Assembly (NCBI GenBank): GCA_031424955.1
Contig: JANPIJ010000377.1
Span: 20,306 to 84,305 of the forward strand
Source: Ferruginibacter sp.
GTDB taxonomy: Bacteria > Bacteroidota > Bacteroidia > Chitinophagales > Chitinophagaceae
Direction of reading: 5' to 3'
Length of the DNA: 64,000 nucleotides
The position numbers were made by a program, and so were the translations under genes. Within the stretch, counting starts at the first letter, position 1; each line of letters begins with the position of its first letter. The notes beneath the pieces are model-generated. The model saw nothing but the letters and a program-made list of their open reading frames with translations, did no database searches and had not been told where the DNA came from. Shown in pieces: positions 30,582 through 40,505 of the stretch.

Positions 30582-31460
30582 ATGAATTTATACTCCATTA
30601 ATGCAGGGCATTTTAAGCTGGATGGTGGCGCCATGTTTGGTGTGGTACCTAAAAGCATCTGGAACAAACTAAACCCGGCCGACGAAAACAATATGTGCAG
30701 TTGGGCGCTTCGCTGCCTGTTGATTGAGGAGGGGGATAAGTTAATTTTGATTGACAACGGAATGGGTGATAAACAGGATGCGAAATTTTTTGGCCATTAT
30801 TTTTTGCATGGGGAAGATACACTGGATAAATCGCTTGCACAATATGGTTTTACCAAAGATGATATTACGGATGTAGTATTAACCCATCTTCATTTTGACC
30901 ATTGCGGCGGAAGCATCATAAAAGTGGGCGACCAATTAATGCCTGCATTTAAATACGCTACCTATTGGAGCAATGAAAGACATTGGCAATGGGCCACCAT
31001 GCCAAACGACCGTGAGAAAGCAAGTTTTTTAAAGGAAAACATTTTGCCCATTAAAGAAAGCGGCCAGTTGAAAATGATTGATGTAACAGCGTTGGCAAAG
31101 GATGGTGAGGAGACAACGGTTATTCCTTATCCTTCCGGTATAATACCCTCGCTATCTTTCATTTTAGTAAACGGCCACACCGATGCCATGATGTTGCCAC
31201 TGATACAATTTAAAGGGAAAACGATTGTTTACGTTGCTGATCTTTTACCATCCGTAGCGCATATTCCCCTGCCTTATGTAATGGCTTATGATATGTTTCC
31301 GCTTACCACATTAAAAGAGAAGAAAATATTCCTGGATCACGCCCTGCAAAACGATTGGGTGTTGTTTTTTGAACATGATCCCGTAAATGAATGCTGTAAT
31401 TTACAATCAACGGACAAGGGCATTCGCAGTAAGGAGATATTTAAAATGGCCGATGTCTGA
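30582..31460 (+). CDS. MBL-fold metallohydrolase (YtnP-like)
   Basis: LDGGAMFGVVPK, THLHFDHCGG, GHT, MAYD and FEHDP motifs. Confidence 0.9.
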   Translation: MNLYSINAGHFKLDGGAMFGVVPKSIWNKLNPADENNMCSWALRCLLIEEGDKLILIDNGMGDKQDAKFFGHYFLHGEDTLDKSLAQYGFTKDDITDVVLTHLHFDHCGGSIIKVGDQLMPAFKYATYWSNERHWQWATMPNDREKASFLKENILPIKESGQLKMIDVTALAKDGEETTVIPYPSGIIPSLSFILVNGHTDAMMLPLIQFKGKTIVYVADLLPSVAHIPLPYVMAYDMFPLTTLKEKKIFLDHALQNDWVLFFEHDPVNECCNLQSTDKGIRSKEIFKMADV

Positions 31461-31600
31461 TGTCTGATTGGTTGATGTCTGATTTTTTTAAATTGGCAAG
31501 AGAAGGCTGGTTTGACAAATCTATCATAAAACGTTAACGGGAAACATTTTAATATAAGGTGTAAAATTCAATCCGGACAGACTACTTAGCGGATTAGTGT

Positions 31601-32401
31601 TTACCTTAGCCCCAGCAATGAAGTTAGCGGATACCTGAGATTCTTATATCCATACATGTCTACTTTGATGCTCCCAACAGCAATGGGGCTTTCTACCCGA
31701 AGTATCAAATGATTGGGATCATCGCTTACCCACGCCGTCATTTTTTCCCCACCTTCAAAAATGGTTCCCTTAATCAGTAAGGGTTTAAACTTAATTGCCC
31801 GGAACTTTCCATAGCGGGTTTTTACATTTTCTTTCCCAATATACCGGATATACAGATGATACACTTCATCATCCAGGAACATATCAAAGGGTATTTTATC
31901 GCCCGGCTTGTATTGATCAAAATTAATATTGCGGGCATAATAAATGGCGCTGATTACATCCTGTATGCAACTGGTGGTTTTAAAAACTCCTTTGGTGGAA
32001 ACCGCGGTGGAGGCACTATGGTTAAACGTTACATTGTTGTAAATTTTATACCCTCCTTCATCTACATTTCTAATAAATTTCATCGGCAGCATGGTAGCGG
32101 TATCAATATAGGTTTCGTAGCGGTCCCTTACTCTAAAAAAGTTATCGAAAAAGGAGTAAGACTTACCCTCTCCCACACAATGATACACAGTCTTACCATT
32201 AAATCTTTCCACCCCCGCGGTAAAGGTTGCTTCTCCTGCGCCAATATACATACCCAGGGAATTATAAAAAACCTTCATGGTGATTACTTCACCTTCCTTA
32301 AAAGCGGTGTTCCTTATTCCACAAAAAGTACTTGTGGGATCCTGCCCCTGGAGCGAAAACCATGAAAATGCAACCAGTAAAATACCTGCCTTAATAATCA
32401 T
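31601..32401 (-). CDS. DUF3108-family exported protein
   Basis: Signal peptide; NTAFKEGE, FFRVRDRYE, WVSDDPN and VGSIK patterns. Confidence 0.8.
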   Translation of the reverse strand: MIIKAGILLVAFSWFSLQGQDPTSTFCGIRNTAFKEGEVITMKVFYNSLGMYIGAGEATFTAGVERFNGKTVYHCVGEGKSYSFFDNFFRVRDRYETYIDTATMLPMKFIRNVDEGGYKIYNNVTFNHSASTAVSTKGVFKTTSCIQDVISAIYYARNINFDQYKPGDKIPFDMFLDDEVYHLYIRYIGKENVKTRYGKFRAIKFKPLLIKGTIFEGGEKMTAWVSDDPNHLILRVESPIAVGSIKVDMYGYKNLRYPLTSLLGLR

Positions 32402-32403
32402 AC

Positions 32404-33384
32404 TTATTTTTCCTTTACAATTTTAATGCTTAAAATCAGCAAACTGCCAATTACAGCAGGTAATACCAGGTTAATCAGCCAAATGCCCAACGAGGCAGTG
32501 CCTACGCCCAACTCATTACTGGTGTACAATTTAAAAATAACCCAGCTTGCGCTTACCCTTACCGGCAATTCTATAAAGCCAATGGATGGCGCTACCGCCA
32601 TTACCAGGTAAAAAACAGTCATCAACCAAAAAGATATCCCCACTGCAATTTCTACCTGCATTACCTCGAGCATCAGCAGGTATTGCAAAATGAATACCAG
32701 GTAACGGATAAAAGACAAAATCAATATCTGCAGAAGGTGCCTGTCTTCAAATTCATCCAATACTCTTATATGGTTTACTATCTTTTGAAGGGAAGGCAGT
32801 TTTTCCATCATTCTTACCAACCAACCTAAACGCAGATAGAACAAAAGTATTATAACCGTTAACCCAATGCTCAAATAAATTAATACGTCTCCCCAAAATT
32901 CAGGTAAAACTGCCGATGACCTGCCATTATTATGTGAAAGATACCTTAAATATAATAACCCGATGCAGCCCATCACCATTGTAACCAATAACTGGCTGAT
33001 ACTTCCAACAAGGCTCAGCGATATTGCCTTGATCCTGTTTTTCTCTTCCACGTACAGGATTCTGCCGCCATATTCGCCTATACGGTTAGGAGTCAGCATT
33101 GTTACACTACAGCCGGATAGTACAGATTTGACCGCCCTTATAAATGAAAACCGCTGAATATGATTGATCAATATCTGCCATTTTTTTGATTCGATCCCCC
33201 AGTTCACAAACATTAATATTATTACCATCCAAAACTTCGAATCTTTCCAACCGCCACTGATCTGCGACCATCGGCGGGGCAGATCCGGCTGGTTACTAAT
33301 CTGCCGGTACAAACTCCATGTAAGTATCAGGAATAACACGGGGCCAAAAAAATAGTTGATGAATATCTTTACGTTTTTATTCAA
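32404..33384 (-). CDS. Lysylphosphatidylglycerol synthase TM-domain (flippase-like) membrane protein
   Basis: NWGIESKKW, TPNRIGEYGGR and WLINL..PA..G motifs; multi-pass. Confidence 0.8.
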   Translation of the reverse strand: MNKNVKIFINYFFGPVLFLILTWSLYRQISNQPDLPRRWSQISGGWKDSKFWMVIILMFVNWGIESKKWQILINHIQRFSFIRAVKSVLSGCSVTMLTPNRIGEYGGRILYVEEKNRIKAISLSLVGSISQLLVTMVMGCIGLLYLRYLSHNNGRSSAVLPEFWGDVLIYLSIGLTVIILLFYLRLGWLVRMMEKLPSLQKIVNHIRVLDEFEDRHLLQILILSFIRYLVFILQYLLMLEVMQVEIAVGISFWLMTVFYLVMAVAPSIGFIELPVRVSASWVIFKLYTSNELGVGTASLGIWLINLVLPAVIGSLLILSIKIVKEK

Positions 33385-33652
33385 ATTGGCAGGTTTAATT
33401 TATCTCTAAAGCTCCTTAAGAGAGAAGAGTAGTTGATGTTTCATTACTTTTGTCACTTTCACGTACGCATTATCCGGCATTACCGTTTGCCTGAAACTGC
33501 CGGGCAGGTCAGTCAAACCTGAATATGCCGAAGTCTTTAAAAATGCGATGCAAAGTTAATGGGTTTGGGCAAACGGCTTTAATGGTGGTCTCAAATACAA
33601 AAGTAAAGTTTAAATAACCGGTTCATCAATCTATTGACAAACAAGAAAAACA

Positions 33653-34216
33653 TTGCAAAAGAAATCAAAAATAATATTAGGGATTGATCCAGGCACTATG
33701 GTAATGGGATATGGCCTTATAGAAGTAATCGACAGCAACCTGAAGCTACTGGAAATGGATATCTTAAAACCTGGAAAAGTGGAGGATCCTTATCGGAAGC
33801 TTCAGTTGATATACAATACGGTAAGTGGTTTGATTATTAAATACAAACCGGATGTATTTGCAATTGAAGCGCCCTTTTTTGGTAAAAATGTACAAAGTAT
33901 GTTGAAACTTGGCCGTGCCCAGGGTGTGGCAATCGCCGCTGCCATGCGGCATGGGCTGGATGTGACGGAATATTCCCCAAAAAAAATAAAACAATCTGTA
34001 ACCGGCAACGGTAATGCGAGTAAGGAGCAGGTATTAAAGATGCTGCAACGGCTGCTCAATTTTAAAGATGACCCGAGGTCTTTTGATGCTTCAGATGCAC
34101 TGGCAGTAGCTGTTTGTCATTATTTCCAGGAAAATTCGGTGATGGCTTCTACAGGCGCTAAAATAAACGGATGGGATGATTTTTTAAAAAAGAATCCATC
34201 GCGATTGAAGAAGTGA
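33653..34216 (+). CDS. ruvC: Holliday junction resolvase RuvC
   Basis: ILGIDPG, AIEAPFFGKN, VTGNGNASKEQV and DASDALAVAVCH motifs. Confidence 0.96.
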   Translation: MQKKSKIILGIDPGTMVMGYGLIEVIDSNLKLLEMDILKPGKVEDPYRKLQLIYNTVSGLIIKYKPDVFAIEAPFFGKNVQSMLKLGRAQGVAIAAAMRHGLDVTEYSPKKIKQSVTGNGNASKEQVLKMLQRLLNFKDDPRSFDASDALAVAVCHYFQENSVMASTGAKINGWDDFLKKNPSRLKK

Positions 34217-34218
34217 AT

Positions 34219-34240
34219 ACCCCCATCCCCTAAAGGGGAG
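34219..34240. repeat. Short REP-like palindrome between convergent ruvC and HIT genes
   Basis: ACCCCCATCCCCTAAAGGGGAG; stem TCCCCT/AGGGGA. Confidence 0.6.
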
Positions 34241-34259
34241 CTATAAAAAGAGCGAATTG

Positions 34260-34652
34260 TTATTGGAGCGCTTTTACAATCTTTTCCTGTACTTCCTTCA
34301 ATTCTTCCGGGGATAATTTTAATTTATGCCTGGTAAAGTTTAGGTCATCGGCTGTATTGATGGGTACCAGGTGCAGGTGGGCATGCGGTACTTCCATTCC
34401 CATTACGGTAATGCCGCACCTGTTGCAATCAAATGACTTTTCTATTGCATGGGCAACCGGCCTGGCGAACAACAGCATTTCCGCTAAATAAGTATCAGGC
34501 AAATCGAAAAACTTATCTGTCTCTGTTTTGGGCACTATTAATACATGTCCCCTTACGATTGGAAAAATATCGAGGAAGGCAAAAAAATGATCATTTTCGC
34601 AGATTTTGTAGGATGGAATCTGACCTGCGATTATTTTTGAAAAGATCGTCAT
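34260..34652 (-). CDS. HIT family nucleotide hydrolase
   Basis: TIFSKIIAG, GHVLIVPK and HAHLH triad. Confidence 0.93.
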   Translation of the reverse strand: MTIFSKIIAGQIPSYKICENDHFFAFLDIFPIVRGHVLIVPKTETDKFFDLPDTYLAEMLLFARPVAHAIEKSFDCNRCGITVMGMEVPHAHLHLVPINTADDLNFTRHKLKLSPEELKEVQEKIVKALQ

Positions 34653-34683
34653 GCTTTAATTATTTGCAATAAAAGTACGAAAC

Positions 34684-34714
34684 AAAAAACCCATCCGCAA
34701 AAATAGGGATGGGG
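34684..34714 (-). terminator. Intrinsic terminator after greA
   Basis: CCCATCC...GGATGGG stem with an A6 run. Confidence 0.65.
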
Positions 34715-34737
34715 TAAAAATTTGTAGACCCGGAAAG

Positions 34738-35211
34738 TTATAACGTAATATTTTCCACCTTAAACTTCAACACACCTGCAGGAACCTGTACCTCGGTTAC
34801 ATCGCCGATTATTTTACCCAGCAAGCCTCTGCCAATAGGTGAGGTTACTGATATTTTACCCAATTTGAGGTCCGCTTCTTTTTCAGAAACGATCTGGTAG
34901 GTTGCCTTCTTTTTAGTGCCCATATTGGTTACGGTTACTTTTGTAAGAATGGATACTTTAGAGATGTCAATATTGGTTTCATCCAGGATACGGGCAGTTG
35001 CAATGATCCCTTCCAGGTATTTAATTTTTGCTTCCAGCATCCCCTGGGCTTCCTTGGCCGCGTCATACTCGGCATTCTCTTTTAAATCACCTTTTTCCCG
35101 AGCTTCAGCAATGGCCCTGCTTGCAGCCGGCCTTTCCACACTTTTCATCTGGTGAAGCTCAGCCTTCATTTGTTCAAATGTATCTTTTTTAACATAATTC
35201 GTTTCGCTCAT
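34738..35211 (-). CDS. greA: Transcription elongation factor GreA
   Basis: AREKGDLKENAEYDAAKE and ISVTSPIGRGLLGK motifs. Confidence 0.97.
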   Translation of the reverse strand: MSETNYVKKDTFEQMKAELHQMKSVERPAASRAIAEAREKGDLKENAEYDAAKEAQGMLEAKIKYLEGIIATARILDETNIDISKVSILTKVTVTNMGTKKKATYQIVSEKEADLKLGKISVTSPIGRGLLGKIIGDVTEVQVPAGVLKFKVENITL

Positions 35212-35235
35212 AACATCTCATTTTATAGTATTCAG

Positions 35236-35277
35236 AAAAAAATACAACGCCTTAGGATAATGCCTAAGGCGTTGTAT
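35236..35277 (-). terminator. 15-bp perfect hairpin plus U-tract upstream of greA
   Basis: ATACAACGCCTTAGG-ATAATG-CCTAAGGCGTTGTAT, followed on the minus strand by a T run. Confidence 0.8.
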
Positions 35278-35300
35278 ATGGTGCAAATATAAACAAAATA

Positions 35301-36236
35301 TCAAATACCCAACTTTTCCAGGATCACGGTACTCATTTTATAAAAAGCCTCCTGGCTGTATCCGGCAATATGCGGCGTTATCAGCACATTGGGACGAGAT
35401 TTCAGGTAGTCCAATTGCTCATTCTGTAGGGTACTGTAGGTGGATAACTTTTCATTTTCAAGCACATCCAGCCCGGCGCCTGCAATTTTATCCTGCTTCA
35501 GGGCTTCTATTAATGCCGCGGTATCTGTAACTCCTCCCCTACACACATTAATAAAAAAGGGGCGTTGGGGAAGGCTATTGAAAAACGCTTCATTTGCCAT
35601 GTGTTTTGTTTCGTCCGTTAACGGCACATGAAAACTAATTACATCGGAATAGCGGCATACCTGTTCAAAACTCGCCTCCTTAATATACCCATGGGCAAAA
35701 TCAAATTTATACTTATCGTAAGCCAGCACGGTAACACCAAAAGCTGCCAGTAATTTAGCATAAGAACTGCCGGTATTTCCATAACCAATAATACCAACTG
35801 TTTTCCCGCTCAATTCTGTCCCCCTGTTACCATCCCTTATCCATTTACCTTGTTTTACTTCTTCAAAACTGCTGGTGATTCGATTCATCAAATTCAGCAC
35901 GAGTCCCAGTGTGTGTTCAGCCACTGCATTGCGGTTACCCTCCGGGCTACTTTCACATTGAATGCCCTTCCCCGCCGCATACGCAGTATCTATCAATTCC
36001 ATACCACTTCCGAGGCGGCCAATCCATTTTAATTTCGCTGCTTTTTCTATAATTGGCTGATCTATTTTTAACCGGGTAGTTACTATTAATCCATGTGCCT
36101 CCGGAATAATAACAGACAAGGATTCATAATCAATCCCGGGCTGGTAATTTACTTCGTACCCTTTTTTTTGTAACGTGCTTATTAAAATATCATGTGCATT
36201 CGCAGTGACAATTACCAATGGTTTCGGGCTGTTCAT
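35301..36236 (-). CDS. D-isomer-specific 2-hydroxyacid dehydrogenase (SerA-like, no ACT domain)
   Basis: [27 protein letters not shown] and TPHIAG motifs. Confidence 0.92.
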   Translation of the reverse strand: MNSPKPLVIVTANAHDILISTLQKKGYEVNYQPGIDYESLSVIIPEAHGLIVTTRLKIDQPIIEKAAKLKWIGRLGSGMELIDTAYAAGKGIQCESSPEGNRNAVAEHTLGLVLNLMNRITSSFEEVKQGKWIRDGNRGTELSGKTVGIIGYGNTGSSYAKLLAAFGVTVLAYDKYKFDFAHGYIKEASFEQVCRYSDVISFHVPLTDETKHMANEAFFNSLPQRPFFINVCRGGVTDTAALIEALKQDKIAGAGLDVLENEKLSTYSTLQNEQLDYLKSRPNVLITPHIAGYSQEAFYKMSTVILEKLGI

Positions 36237-36778
36237 ATTTCAAAAGTTCAATTTGTACCTTAATTTACTTATCAAAAGTAAACCGCTTCTGCCTGTTAAA
36301 TAAATCTTCTTTTTTTGCATTCGTTTTTACCAGGGGTTGGTTTAATATTAAAAGTAAAGTCGTTTGTACAGGAGAAAAAGAGCCGGCGGTATTAAACGGT
36401 TTTGAGTACTGCAATATTGTAAAGAGCAACCAGGTAAAAAAGTGGGAAACCGGCATTAACCCATTTGAAATAGCATTGTATATCAACGAAAGTGGTGCAT
36501 GGAATTATTCGGCTGCCGGCAAAACTTATTTCATACAGTGCCCATTTACTTTCCACCGTTCATTGCGGTAATGCGAATGCTAACCTGCTCACCGCAAAAA
36601 CCGATGCCATTAAAGTAAATAATTTATATGTGAACAGGAAATAGCAAAGAAACAAAGCAATCTTTAAAGCCAGTTACATTTTTTAATACGGCATACACTG
36701 CTGTCAATTATATCTTGGTTCCAAAAGATGAAAGGTAAAATAAATTTACACCCCAATACCCTACCGGGATTGAGCTGA

Positions 36779-37159
36779 TTATCCGGCAGCAATTACACTT
36801 ATTTCCACATTTGCATTCCGGGGTAATCCCTTTACAGCAACTGTTTCCCGGGCAGGAAAATCACCCTGGAAATATTTGGCATAAATCACATTTACCTGGC
36901 TAAATAATTCCATATCACTTAAAAAAATAGTTGTTTTAACCACGTTGCCAAAATCCATCCCGGCTTCTGCCAATATTGATTTCAGGTTTTGCATAACCTG
37001 GTGTGTTTCTTCAATTATATCGGCAGTAGCAATATCATTGGTTCCGGGTTTTATGGCTACCTGTCCAGATACAAACAATAAATTACCTGTTTTTACAGCC
37101 TGGTTATATGGGCCTATTGGAGCTGGTGCATTTAACGTATTGATGATTTGTTTACTCAT
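36779..37159 (-). CDS. ridA: RidA/YjgF family enamine deaminase
   Basis: APAPIGPYNQA, FVSGQV, VKTTIFL, FPARETV and VEIS motifs; start moved to the ATG at 37159. Confidence 0.92.
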   Translation of the reverse strand: MSKQIINTLNAPAPIGPYNQAVKTGNLLFVSGQVAIKPGTNDIATADIIEETHQVMQNLKSILAEAGMDFGNVVKTTIFLSDMELFSQVNVIYAKYFQGDFPARETVAVKGLPRNANVEISVIAAG

Positions 37160-37231
37160 ATTAAAAGCATTTCTTTTAGTAAATGCAAATATATCTTTTA
37201 TCAACCACCTATTTTTGTAAAAAATAATCAA

Positions 37232-37834
37232 ATGAGGATTGCCGTACTGGCCACAGATGATCAATGGAAAGAAGTTAATTCCGGCAATCAGCAGGCCGGT
37301 TGTTTCAGGATGAACAGCATTGAAAATATACCCGTGGATGCAGATGCTTACCTGCTATTGCGGGATACGCCGCCATTTGATTTTAGCATCACTCACCGCC
37401 CGATTTTAATTAATTCAGTTTGCCGTACATTAGAAAATATGAATGCCCCCGGGAATGTAATCCGCATCAATGGCTGGAATGGATTTTTGTCAAGGCCCAC
37501 CTGGGAAATATCCGGACACATTGATGATTCTATTGAAAGGGTATTCGCAGCTTTAGGAAAGAAAACAGCTTCTTTACCCGATCTTCCCGGCTTTGTATCA
37601 CCAAGGGTAATTGCCATGATTATAAACGAAGCCTATTTTGCGCTTGAAGAAAAGTTAAGTACGAAAGCCGACATTGATACAGCGATGAAGCTAGGTACTA
37701 ATTATCCCTACGGCCCGTTTGAATGGGCTTCCCTGATAGGTGTATCAAAAATCCTTGAGCTGCTTGAGCACTTAAGTATTCGTGAAAAAAGATATGTACC
37801 GGCCACATTACTAAAAGCCGCCGCAACCGCATGA
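37232..37834 (+). CDS. 3-hydroxyacyl-CoA dehydrogenase C-terminal-domain protein with degenerate NAD-binding part
   Basis: PGFVSPRVIAMIINEA and DIDTAMKLGTNYPYGPFEW motifs; no GxGxxG; start at ATG 37232. Confidence 0.8.
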   Translation: MRIAVLATDDQWKEVNSGNQQAGCFRMNSIENIPVDADAYLLLRDTPPFDFSITHRPILINSVCRTLENMNAPGNVIRINGWNGFLSRPTWEISGHIDDSIERVFAALGKKTASLPDLPGFVSPRVIAMIINEAYFALEEKLSTKADIDTAMKLGTNYPYGPFEWASLIGVSKILELLEHLSIREKRYVPATLLKAAATA

Positions 37835-38520
37835 GTTTAATTTTAAATATAGATACCGCCATTGATATAGCCCACATCAGCGTTGCAAAAGATGGCGAAG
37901 TGCTGGCAGAAGTTTCGAATACAGATCCGAAGGCACATGGTAGTTTTTTGCAACCCGCTATTCAATCACTGCTTAAAAATGCGTGTGTTACAATCCATGA
38001 ACTTGATGCTATTGCAATATCTGCCGGGCCTGGTTCATATACAGGATTACGGGTAGGTATGGCAAGTGCAAAAGGCTTATGTTATGCCTTAAACAAACCA
38101 TTGATATCGATCAGCACACTGGAAATATTGGCCTCTTCGGCTATATGGGATTCCCGCCAACAGGCCCTCCCCCCCTCTACTCTTTTTTGCCCCATGATTG
38201 ACGCAAGAAGAATGGAAGTATTTACCGCTTTATATGATCAAAAGTTACAGATTGTGTTAGCACCATGTGCAATGGTGCTGGATGAAAATTCTTTTGCTAA
38301 CGGCTTGTTAAAAAATCATATTCTATTTTTTGGAAAAGGAATAAAAAAATGGCAGTCTGTCTGCCAAAATCCAAACGCGATATTTAGGCCTGTTTCAAAC
38401 AATTCATTGGCAATGAGTAAATTAGCCGCCCAAAAGTTTGAACAGAAAGATTTTGCCAATCTTTATTATAGCGAGCCCTTGTATCTGAAAGAATTTTTTG
38501 ATAACAATTCAAAAAACTAA
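37831..38520 (+). CDS. tsaB: tRNA t6A modification protein TsaB
   Basis: ILNIDTA, GPGSYTGLRVG, IDARRMEVF and EPLYLKEF motifs. Confidence 0.95.
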   Translation: MSLILNIDTAIDIAHISVAKDGEVLAEVSNTDPKAHGSFLQPAIQSLLKNACVTIHELDAIAISAGPGSYTGLRVGMASAKGLCYALNKPLISISTLEILASSAIWDSRQQALPPSTLFCPMIDARRMEVFTALYDQKLQIVLAPCAMVLDENSFANGLLKNHILFFGKGIKKWQSVCQNPNAIFRPVSNNSLAMSKLAAQKFEQKDFANLYYSEPLYLKEFFDNNSKN

Positions 38521-38624
38521 TTCCTCATTTTTACGCCTCTTTTATTAAGCAATTGTTCATTTAGCATTATCATGTATATAAAATCGTTTGTATCTTTGCA
38601 GGGCACAAATAAAATTAAATATCT

Positions 38625-38978
38625 ATGACAAATGACACCGCCACTAAGAGGCAAGACGTAAGTTTGCAACACGCTAACAAAATGGGCACTATTAAAATTG
38701 ATTACTACAACGTAAAAAAAGCGGCCTTAATTTTAAGGGCACTCAACCACAAGTTGCGCCAGCAATTGTTAAAGCTGATTGAAGAAGAAAAGAAAATAAC
38801 TGTTACGGAGATTTATGTAAGGCTAAAATTAGAGCAGTCGGTAGCTTCACAACATCTTGCTATTTTAAGAAAAGCAGGTATCGTAACTACTCAACGTGAT
38901 GGTAAATTTATTTTTTATATTATCAATCACAAGCGGATAGATGAAATAAGCGAATTTGTGAATGAGTTGGTAGCCTAA
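38625..38978 (+). CDS. ArsR/SmtB family transcriptional regulator
   Basis: LRALNHKLR, QSVASQHLAILR and RDGKFIFY motifs; TATCTTTG promoter element at 38591-38598. Confidence 0.9.
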   Translation: MTNDTATKRQDVSLQHANKMGTIKIDYYNVKKAALILRALNHKLRQQLLKLIEEEKKITVTEIYVRLKLEQSVASQHLAILRKAGIVTTQRDGKFIFYIINHKRIDEISEFVNELVA

Positions 38979-38998
38979 AATTTATAATGATAGTAATG

Positions 38999-39041
38999 AA
39001 GCGGATGTTGCAAAACATCCGCTTTTTGTTTTTTATCTTTG
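38999..39041 (+). terminator. Terminator hairpin followed directly by a TATCTTTG -7 element
   Basis: AAGCGGATGTT..AACATCCGCTT plus T-run; TATCTTTG at 39034-39041. Confidence 0.65.
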
Positions 39042-39064
39042 CGAAATTAAAAAATAAAAGAGCC

Positions 39065-40468
39065 ATGTACATACAGCAATTATATACAGGTTGCATCAGT
39101 GAAGCTGCCTATTACATTGAAAGTGAAGGGGTAGCGGCGGTAATAGATCCTTTAAGAGATATAGAAGAATACATCAGTATTGCCAGTGAAAGAAACGCGG
39201 TAATAAAATACATTTTTGAAACCCATTTTCATGCAGACTTTGTGAGCGGCCATCTTGACCTAAGTGAGAAAACAGGTGCCCCCATTATTTTTGGGCCGGA
39301 GACCAACACCAATTTTCCGGTACATATCGCAAAGGATGGCGAAATTTTCCCTTTAGGTAAAACAGCCTTACAGGTGTTGCATACGCCGGGCCATACCATC
39401 GAAAGCAGTTGCTATTTACTAAAAGACGAACAAAATAAAAACCATGCTATTTTCACCGGTGATACATTATTTGTAGGTGATGTAGGCCGGCCTGATTTAA
39501 GCAGTGGCAATTTGAGTAAAGAAGAACTCGCAGGCATCATGTATGATACCATCCAACAAAAGATAATTCCTTTGGAGGATGATATCCTGGTTTATCCCGC
39601 ACATGGCGCAGGCAGCAGTTACGGTAAAAATATGGGACCTGATAATCACAGTACGATCGGTGAAGAACGGAAAAATAATTATGCATTGAAGCCACAATCA
39701 AAAGAGTCATTTATAAAGGCGGTAACGGAAGGACTGAATGAGGCCCCAAAATATTTTCCGATCAATGCACAAATTAACAAGGAAGGGTATGACAGCCTTG
39801 ATTCAGTTAAATTGAAAGCGCTGAATCCTTTAAGCATCGCGGATTTTATGAGCAGGATGGAAGAAGATGTGACAATACTTGATACCAGGCCTGCGGATTT
39901 GTTTACCCAGGGTTTTGTTCCCGGAAGTATTTTTATAGGGTTGGAAGGACGTTTTGCAGAATGGGCAGGCAGCATTTTATCATTTGTAAAACCAATGTTA
40001 TTGATAACCGGGCCCGGCCAACAAGAGGAAACTGTAATACGCCTCGCCAGGGTTGGGTTTAGCAACATAGTTGGATACCTTGACGGAGGTTTTGAGGCAT
40101 GGAGAAATGCCTGTAAAAAAACCGATATGATCATTGATGTGGAAGCGGATGAGTTGGCAATGGATATACCCCATGATCCAAATTTGCAGGTGGTGGATGT
40201 AAGAAGAGAAACCGAATTTGCGGACGGACATGTAAAATCGGCGATCAATATGCCCTTAAATGAAATGACTGATTTGGCACTGATGGCAGATTTTGAAGAA
40301 AATCAAAATTTATATGTTCATTGTGGCGGCGGATACAGAAGTGTGATCGCCTGCTCATTGCTAAAAAGCCAGGGACTCCATAATTTACGCAATGTACTAG
40401 GTGGCTGGGATAAAATAAAGGAAGAAAAATCTATAAAGATTGCAAAGGAACCAAGTGTACTAAATTGA
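39065..40468 (+). CDS. Persulfide dioxygenase-like MBL domain fused to two rhodanese domains (CstB-like)
   Basis: ETHFHADFVSGH, HTPGHT, FTGDTLFVGDVGRPDL, and C-terminal rhodanese HCGGGYRS; start at ATG 39065, since the upstream extension overlaps a terminator. Confidence 0.9.
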   Translation: MYIQQLYTGCISEAAYYIESEGVAAVIDPLRDIEEYISIASERNAVIKYIFETHFHADFVSGHLDLSEKTGAPIIFGPETNTNFPVHIAKDGEIFPLGKTALQVLHTPGHTIESSCYLLKDEQNKNHAIFTGDTLFVGDVGRPDLSSGNLSKEELAGIMYDTIQQKIIPLEDDILVYPAHGAGSSYGKNMGPDNHSTIGEERKNNYALKPQSKESFIKAVTEGLNEAPKYFPINAQINKEGYDSLDSVKLKALNPLSIADFMSRMEEDVTILDTRPADLFTQGFVPGSIFIGLEGRFAEWAGSILSFVKPMLLITGPGQQEETVIRLARVGFSNIVGYLDGGFEAWRNACKKTDMIIDVEADELAMDIPHDPNLQVVDVRRETEFADGHVKSAINMPLNEMTDLALMADFEENQNLYVHCGGGYRSVIACSLLKSQGLHNLRNVLGGWDKIKEEKSIKIAKEPSVLN

Positions 40469-40505
40469 TAAGGTGAATGGTGAATGATATGTTGTTGACT
40501 TAAGA

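Noticed and set aside
33489-33510. GCCTGAAACTGCCGGGCAGG as another copy of the 21-bp micro-element
   Set aside because: Shares only GCCTG and a short hairpin; the similarity is too weak.
38987-39064. N-terminal extension of the MBL-rhodanese ORF, and similar extensions on ridA, 37148 and 41532
   Set aside because: The extensions overlap terminators, promoter elements or divergent genes; downstream ATGs match the family N-termini.
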